The position numbers and the translations under genes are program-made. The notes beneath the pieces are model-generated. The model was given only the letters and a program-made list of their open reading frames with translations. It had not been told where the DNA came from and did no database searches. Of a DNA stretch of 44,494 nucleotides, positions 44,402 to 44,494 are shown piece after piece. Source of the stretch: Chiloscyllium plagiosum (taxonomy: Eukaryota). The stretch is taken from the NCBI RefSeq assembly GCF_004010195.1, contig NC_057719.1:21621509-21666002 (forward strand). Direction: 5' to 3'. Numbering within the stretch: the first letter of the stretch is position 1; every line of letters starts with the position of its first letter.

Positions 44402-44494
44402 CCCCGCCCCCACGCCGAACCCCACCCCTGCCCCGATCTCCGTCCTCGCCCCGACTCCCGCCCCCATGCCTAACCCCGCCCCCACTCCCAGCTC
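44402..44494. repeat. C-rich low-complexity tract with ~6-nt periodicity (runs off the window)
   Basis: Variants of CCCRCC/CCCGCC. Confidence 0.7.

Overview
Repeat-rich, AT-rich vertebrate genomic DNA, almost certainly from a shark (HE1-type V-SINE, Deu-domain SINEs, shark-type CR1 LINE tails), with four N-gaps in the last 8 kb. I recognise no intact host protein-coding gene. Every ORF I can assign comes from a decayed transposon: CR1 LINEs, Penelope-like elements (PLEs), an RTE-like remnant, Harbinger-type Myb/SANT fragments, or solo-LTR-like pieces. The most striking signal is a family of about ten minimal hammerhead-ribozyme (HHR) motifs carried by several PLE-derived elements. These include a 518-bp insertion with an 11-bp target-site duplication (TSD), two tandem HHRs 150 nt apart and a third inverted copy. 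Two separate ~130-140-bp HHR-headed mini-elements each have a 15-bp TSD. A four-element nested insertion spans 9.05-13.56 kb. A few unassigned splice-site-bounded exon candidates and repeat-free, enhancer-like blocks remain. All family assignments come from motif recognition by eye, not from database searches.
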